This document shows positions 7,871-11,005 of a stretch of 11,005 nucleotides of DNA, piece by piece. Below the pieces are notes generated by a model. That model was not told the origin of the DNA. It was given only the letters and a program-made list of their open reading frames with translations, and did not search any database. Positions within the stretch are counted from its first letter, which is position 1. Each line of letters begins with the position of its first letter. The stretch spans positions 1-11,005 of the forward strand of contig NW_021827190.1 of assembly GCF_006345805.1 (NCBI RefSeq), written 5' to 3'. Made by a program: the position numbers and the translations under genes. The DNA comes from Octopus sinensis. Taxonomy: Eukaryota.

Positions 7871-8085
7871 AGCGAGATAATAACATCAAGACAAGGGGAA
7901 GTTACAAATACACACGCACACATACACATTTAAACCCGTGCAAACTCCCTCACACCGTACAATGCAAGTCAATATATAATACTTACAAATAAATGTAATT
8001 ATGACGCCGACATTCCGGGCACTGATGGTCCAGAACCTTTTATATTCCACACTATTTTACACTAATGCACAGGTTCCTATATTTC

Positions 8086-8887
8086 TTTTATTCTTTTACT
8101 TGCTTCAGTCATTTGCCTGCGGCCATGCTTCTTTTTATTTTTAAAGTTAAACAGTCCCAAACTTTGGCATTCAAAGTTACTCCAACCGCAGAACGGGGCG
8201 CCACTGCATGGTGCCAAGGATTCCAACATCACCATCAAAATACAGGTCAAGATACTGCAACAGCTTGGGTTTCAGAGGACCACAGCTCTTTAACATCCTC
8301 CCTAAATGCCTGAGAGACTTACATGGTGTGGATGTGGGTTTCTTTAAAACTAAACTGGATCTCTTCTTGTTGGGAGTCCCAGATGAACCTACCTCACGAC
8401 AGGAGACGCGGATGCGGGCAGCAGCATCGAACTCCCTTGTTGATCAAGTGCCACGTATCAGAGGTGGATTCACAAATTAGTGTAGCTCATTCAGCGGTGG
8501 TGCCCCAGCATGGCCGCGGCCCTCGGGCTAAAACATTTTTAAGGATTTAAGGATTTAAGATCGACTTAATTCTTAAGCCTAGTACTTACTCTATATGAAT
8601 CTTTTGCCGAACCGCTAAGTTATGGGGATATAAACACACCATGGTTGTCAAGCAGTAATGGATAGGAGACAAACACAAAAGCACACATACATAGATATAT
8701 ACATATATGTTTATACGACGAGCTTCTTTCTGTTTTTGTCTACTAAATCTACTCACAAGGCTTTGGCCGGCCATTAGGCTATTAGAAGATAGTAGAAGAC
8801 ACTTGCCCGAAGTGTCATGCAGTGGGACTGAACTCGGAACTATGTGGCTGAAGAAGAAGCTTCTTGTCACACAAACACGAATACGCC
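8086..8887 (-). mobile_element. Full-length SINE family A split by a LINE fragment (pieces 8086-8129 and 8560-8887)
   Basis: Tail TTCTTTTACTTGCTTCAGTCATTTGCCTGCGGCCATGCT ends at 8129. The body resumes at ATCGAC...AAGCCTAGTACTT...TTTTGCCGAACCGCTAAGTTA (8560 on), colinear with 4510-4800. Head ends ...ATACGCC at 8887. Possible 6-bp TSD TATTTC (8080-8085 / 8888-8893). Confidence 0.85.
8152..8559 (+). mobile_element. 5'-truncated CR1/L2-group LINE: ORF2 C-terminus, 3'UTR and tail
   Basis: Frame 8154-8480: VPNFGIQSYSNRRTGRHCMVPRIP...NSLGFRGPQLFNILPKCLRDLHGVDVGFFKTKLDLFLLGVPDEP...AASNSLVDQ, a typical invertebrate CR1-group RT C-terminus. Short 3'UTR with hairpin GGCCC-TC-GGGCT and a (TTTAAGGA)2-3 tail repeat. 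Confidence 0.88.
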
Positions 8888-9076
8888 TATTTCATCGAGT
8901 TATTTTAAGTAAATTTAATATTTGTTTAATTTAGAATATGTTGACCAAAGTGACCACAACTGGTTCCAAAAATCAATAATCTATAAAGGCTTTGGGAGCA
9001 AAAGTTCTGGAAAACCTGCATTATCTATACTTATATATCTCTGCCCTACCTCTATTACCTATACTTATATATTATA

Positions 9077-9915
9077 CCAGCAGAATTGCCCGGCGTTGCT
9101 CGGGACTGAATTGCTTGAAAGTACTGTTAATGATTGCACTGAATTATGATGATTATTCAGGCAAATATTGATATAAGTTTACGCTGGAGATAAGGACTTA
9201 ACGATCAAACGTGTGCCATTGCATTGTTTTGGGGAACCAAATTTCTGATGAGCATTATAGGGGCACCAACTTTAAGTTTGAGAAAGTGTGGTGGTAGTCC
9301 GGGGTGCTCCAAGGAATTGAGTACCTCTATGGATAGTTGATGACGTCCTCTGGGTCAGGAGTTGTATCGATAGACTGATATACATAGACTTCCCCAGGAA
9401 TGAGTTTTAAAGCATTTCATCATTAATATGGTGAACAGTTTTATTCCTCGGGGCCATTATAGCCTTTTTGCCAATCCAATCCATATTCTGATAATTAGCT
9501 TGTAGATCTGGGACCACTGCATCTCTGAGATCAGAAGGCGTCTTAACAATGTTACAAATGGAATCGATGGCAATATTACCATTTTCATCCCCTGGTATTT
9601 TGCCTTCGCCAAGTGCAAGGAGGGTGTGAGGAAATGCTGCTGATGTGATATTACGTCGCATATGAGCACGCATATTGGTGTGAAGTTTGAGAGTTACTTC
9701 CCTTTATTAAAAAAATATGCATTAAAATGGAAAAAAATGATGGTAAAATTATTTTAAAATCATAGACTCATCGTAGACGCGCGCTAATACCAGAAGGGCT
9801 CGATATGAATCACGACTATAAGATACCCGGTTTTGGTTAAACTGCATCGCAAAATGTGGGAGTAGTTAGGATCTAATCGGAGTAGACAGACACACAACCC
9901 TTTCTTTTATATAGA
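9077..9915 (-). mobile_element. Complete non-autonomous Helitron (839 bp)
   Basis: Minus strand: host A | TCTATATAAAAG 5' end (9915). 3' end has hairpin CCCGAGCAACGCCGGG, then CAATTCTG, then CTGG (CTRR, 9080-9077) | host T. No TSD and an A/T target, as is canonical for Helitrons. Confidence 0.9.
9185..9691 (-). pseudogene. Helitron RepHel PIF1-family helicase fragment
   Basis: LKLHTNMRAH...LLALGEG...WIGKKAIMAPRNKTVHHINDEML / KLIPGEVYVYQSIDT...VINYP / [32 protein letters not shown] / [15 protein letters not shown]. These are the diagnostic NMR, AILAPxN, FLNSL..PPH.L.LKVG and LCNGTRL motifs, with three frameshifts. Confidence 0.95.
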
Positions 9916-10738
9916 TATTTTCGTCCTAAAAAACTTTGTATGGATTGAATGGTTACCTCTATGGAAATATATACACGCACATTATACATACATGTGTGTA
10001 TAGATGAATATATAAATACATTTAAATATCTATATACACTTTTGGGCTATCTTTCTGTTTCTTAGAGATAACTTTATCCCGTCCGATTCGCTCCAAAATT
10101 TACAGGGACTGTTAGAATGAGGTGACGATGCTCTTAAAGGTGTGGTTGCTAGGGGCCATCTTCCTTACTCACCCTATTCCTCCAGTACCCTTTCACTCCT
10201 CTTCATTTAACAAGCCACTACGGTATTTAATGTAAAGTCTTCCTCAAATCACTCTCTCGCTATTTCCTCTCTCCAAGAACATTTTCATCACTCTTATCTC
10301 TTAGCTTCCCATACATTTTACTCTGTATCTATCTATCAGCGTCATAGACAGAAACAAATATTACATCGCCATCGCCATCGCATTCTATTGTCTACCTGTC
10401 AACACACACACACAGTGAATTACTTTCACTTTATTCGTTGCACACTGTGTGTGTGCGTGTGCGGTGTGCTGTATCCCACACTAAGAGAAGCATTTGACTC
10501 ATACACCACAATGTGAATTTTCTCTAAATTTTGCTTAATTGGGGTTGAAATTTAAAAGTGGACCTGGCAAAACCCGATGCATTCTACTCTTAAAAATGCT
10601 AGGTAAATTGTAATTGAAGAAATCCTATATTGTAGATTTCTATAAGAGACAAAGGGAGGCAGATAAAATCTGCCTTTAATTATAAGAGATATATATAAGC
10701 ATTTATTGTTGATATTTGTCTACTTGTGTGTGACCATT

Positions 10739-10831
<93 letters not shown>

Positions 10832-10838
10832 ATATATA
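10739..10838. repeat. Compound (TA)(CA)n(TA)n microsatellite
   Basis: Directly visible; abuts the palindrome. Confidence 0.95.
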
Positions 10839-10897
10839 TCTTCAGTTATCCAGCCATCGGAAAAATCGGATTTTTCCGATGGCCGGATAACTGAAGA
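10839..10897. repeat. Near-perfect palindrome, 29-bp arms, 1-nt centre
   Basis: TCTTCAGTTATCCAGCCATCGGAAAAATC-G-GATTTTTCCGATGGCCGGATAACTGAAGA; single mismatch A10852/C10884. Confidence 0.97.
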
Positions 10898-10951
10898 GAT
10901 GGTGGCGTGGATTTCCACCTCGGCATCCGAAACTTGTAGTTTTATCATGGC
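10882..10951 (+). ncRNA. Type I hammerhead ribozyme (Penelope-like element / retrozyme type)
   Basis: Stem I GAUAA (10886-10890) pairs with UUAUC (10942-10946), extendable by GCCG/UGGC across a bulged A. Core CUGAAGA at 10891-10897. Stem II 10898-10927: 13 positions, 2 mismatches, 2 GU pairs, AUUU loop. GAAA at 10929-10932. Stem III A-U, C-G, U-A with UGU loop. GUU triplet, predicted cleavage after 10941. One extra C (10927/10928) at the base of stem II. Confidence 0.72.
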
Positions 10952-11005
10952 TACCGAATAATTGTCACATGTTACATTTACAAATAAATTCCAACGGTTG
11001 TCAAA

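Noticed and set aside
203-8887. All four SINE A copies lie on the minus strand (possible host-transcription bias)
   Set aside because: Four copies are too few, and other retroelements lie on both strands.
10150-10320. Consensus donor G|GTGAGT on the minus strand (~10168-10174) and a weak RT-tail-like peptide
   Set aside because: No open upstream frame or clear acceptor, and the peptide similarity needs frameshifts and is marginal.
10402-10458. Inverted repeat ACACACACACACAGTG / CACTGTGTGTGTGCGT
   Set aside because: Mostly opposing CA/TG microsatellites, which are common here; no TSD or other element features.

Overview
AT-rich, microsatellite-laden eukaryotic non-coding DNA (intergenic or intronic). 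I recognise the SINE, mariner and LINE sequences as octopus-type (Octopodidae) from memory, not from a search. No intact host gene is visible; the ORF-track entries are microsatellite read-throughs, non-coding repeat sequence or decayed transposon frames. The window is a mosaic of mobile elements: four copies or fragments of one tRNA-derived SINE (family A, all minus strand) and one intact SINE of a second family (B) with a 12-bp TSD. It also holds an internally deleted mariner with both TIRs, split by a SINE that is itself split by an 821-bp insert. Other elements are two TA-flanked fold-back MITEs, an RTE-like non-autonomous element, CR1/L2-group and CRE/RLE-type LINE 3' fragments, and a complete 839-bp non-autonomous Helitron carrying a PIF1 helicase fragment. 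The most notable non-coding signal is a type I hammerhead ribozyme (10882-10951), of the kind carried by Penelope-like elements, whose 5' strand is overlapped by a 29-bp near-perfect antisense fold-back. I see no evidence of a novel multi-gene system.
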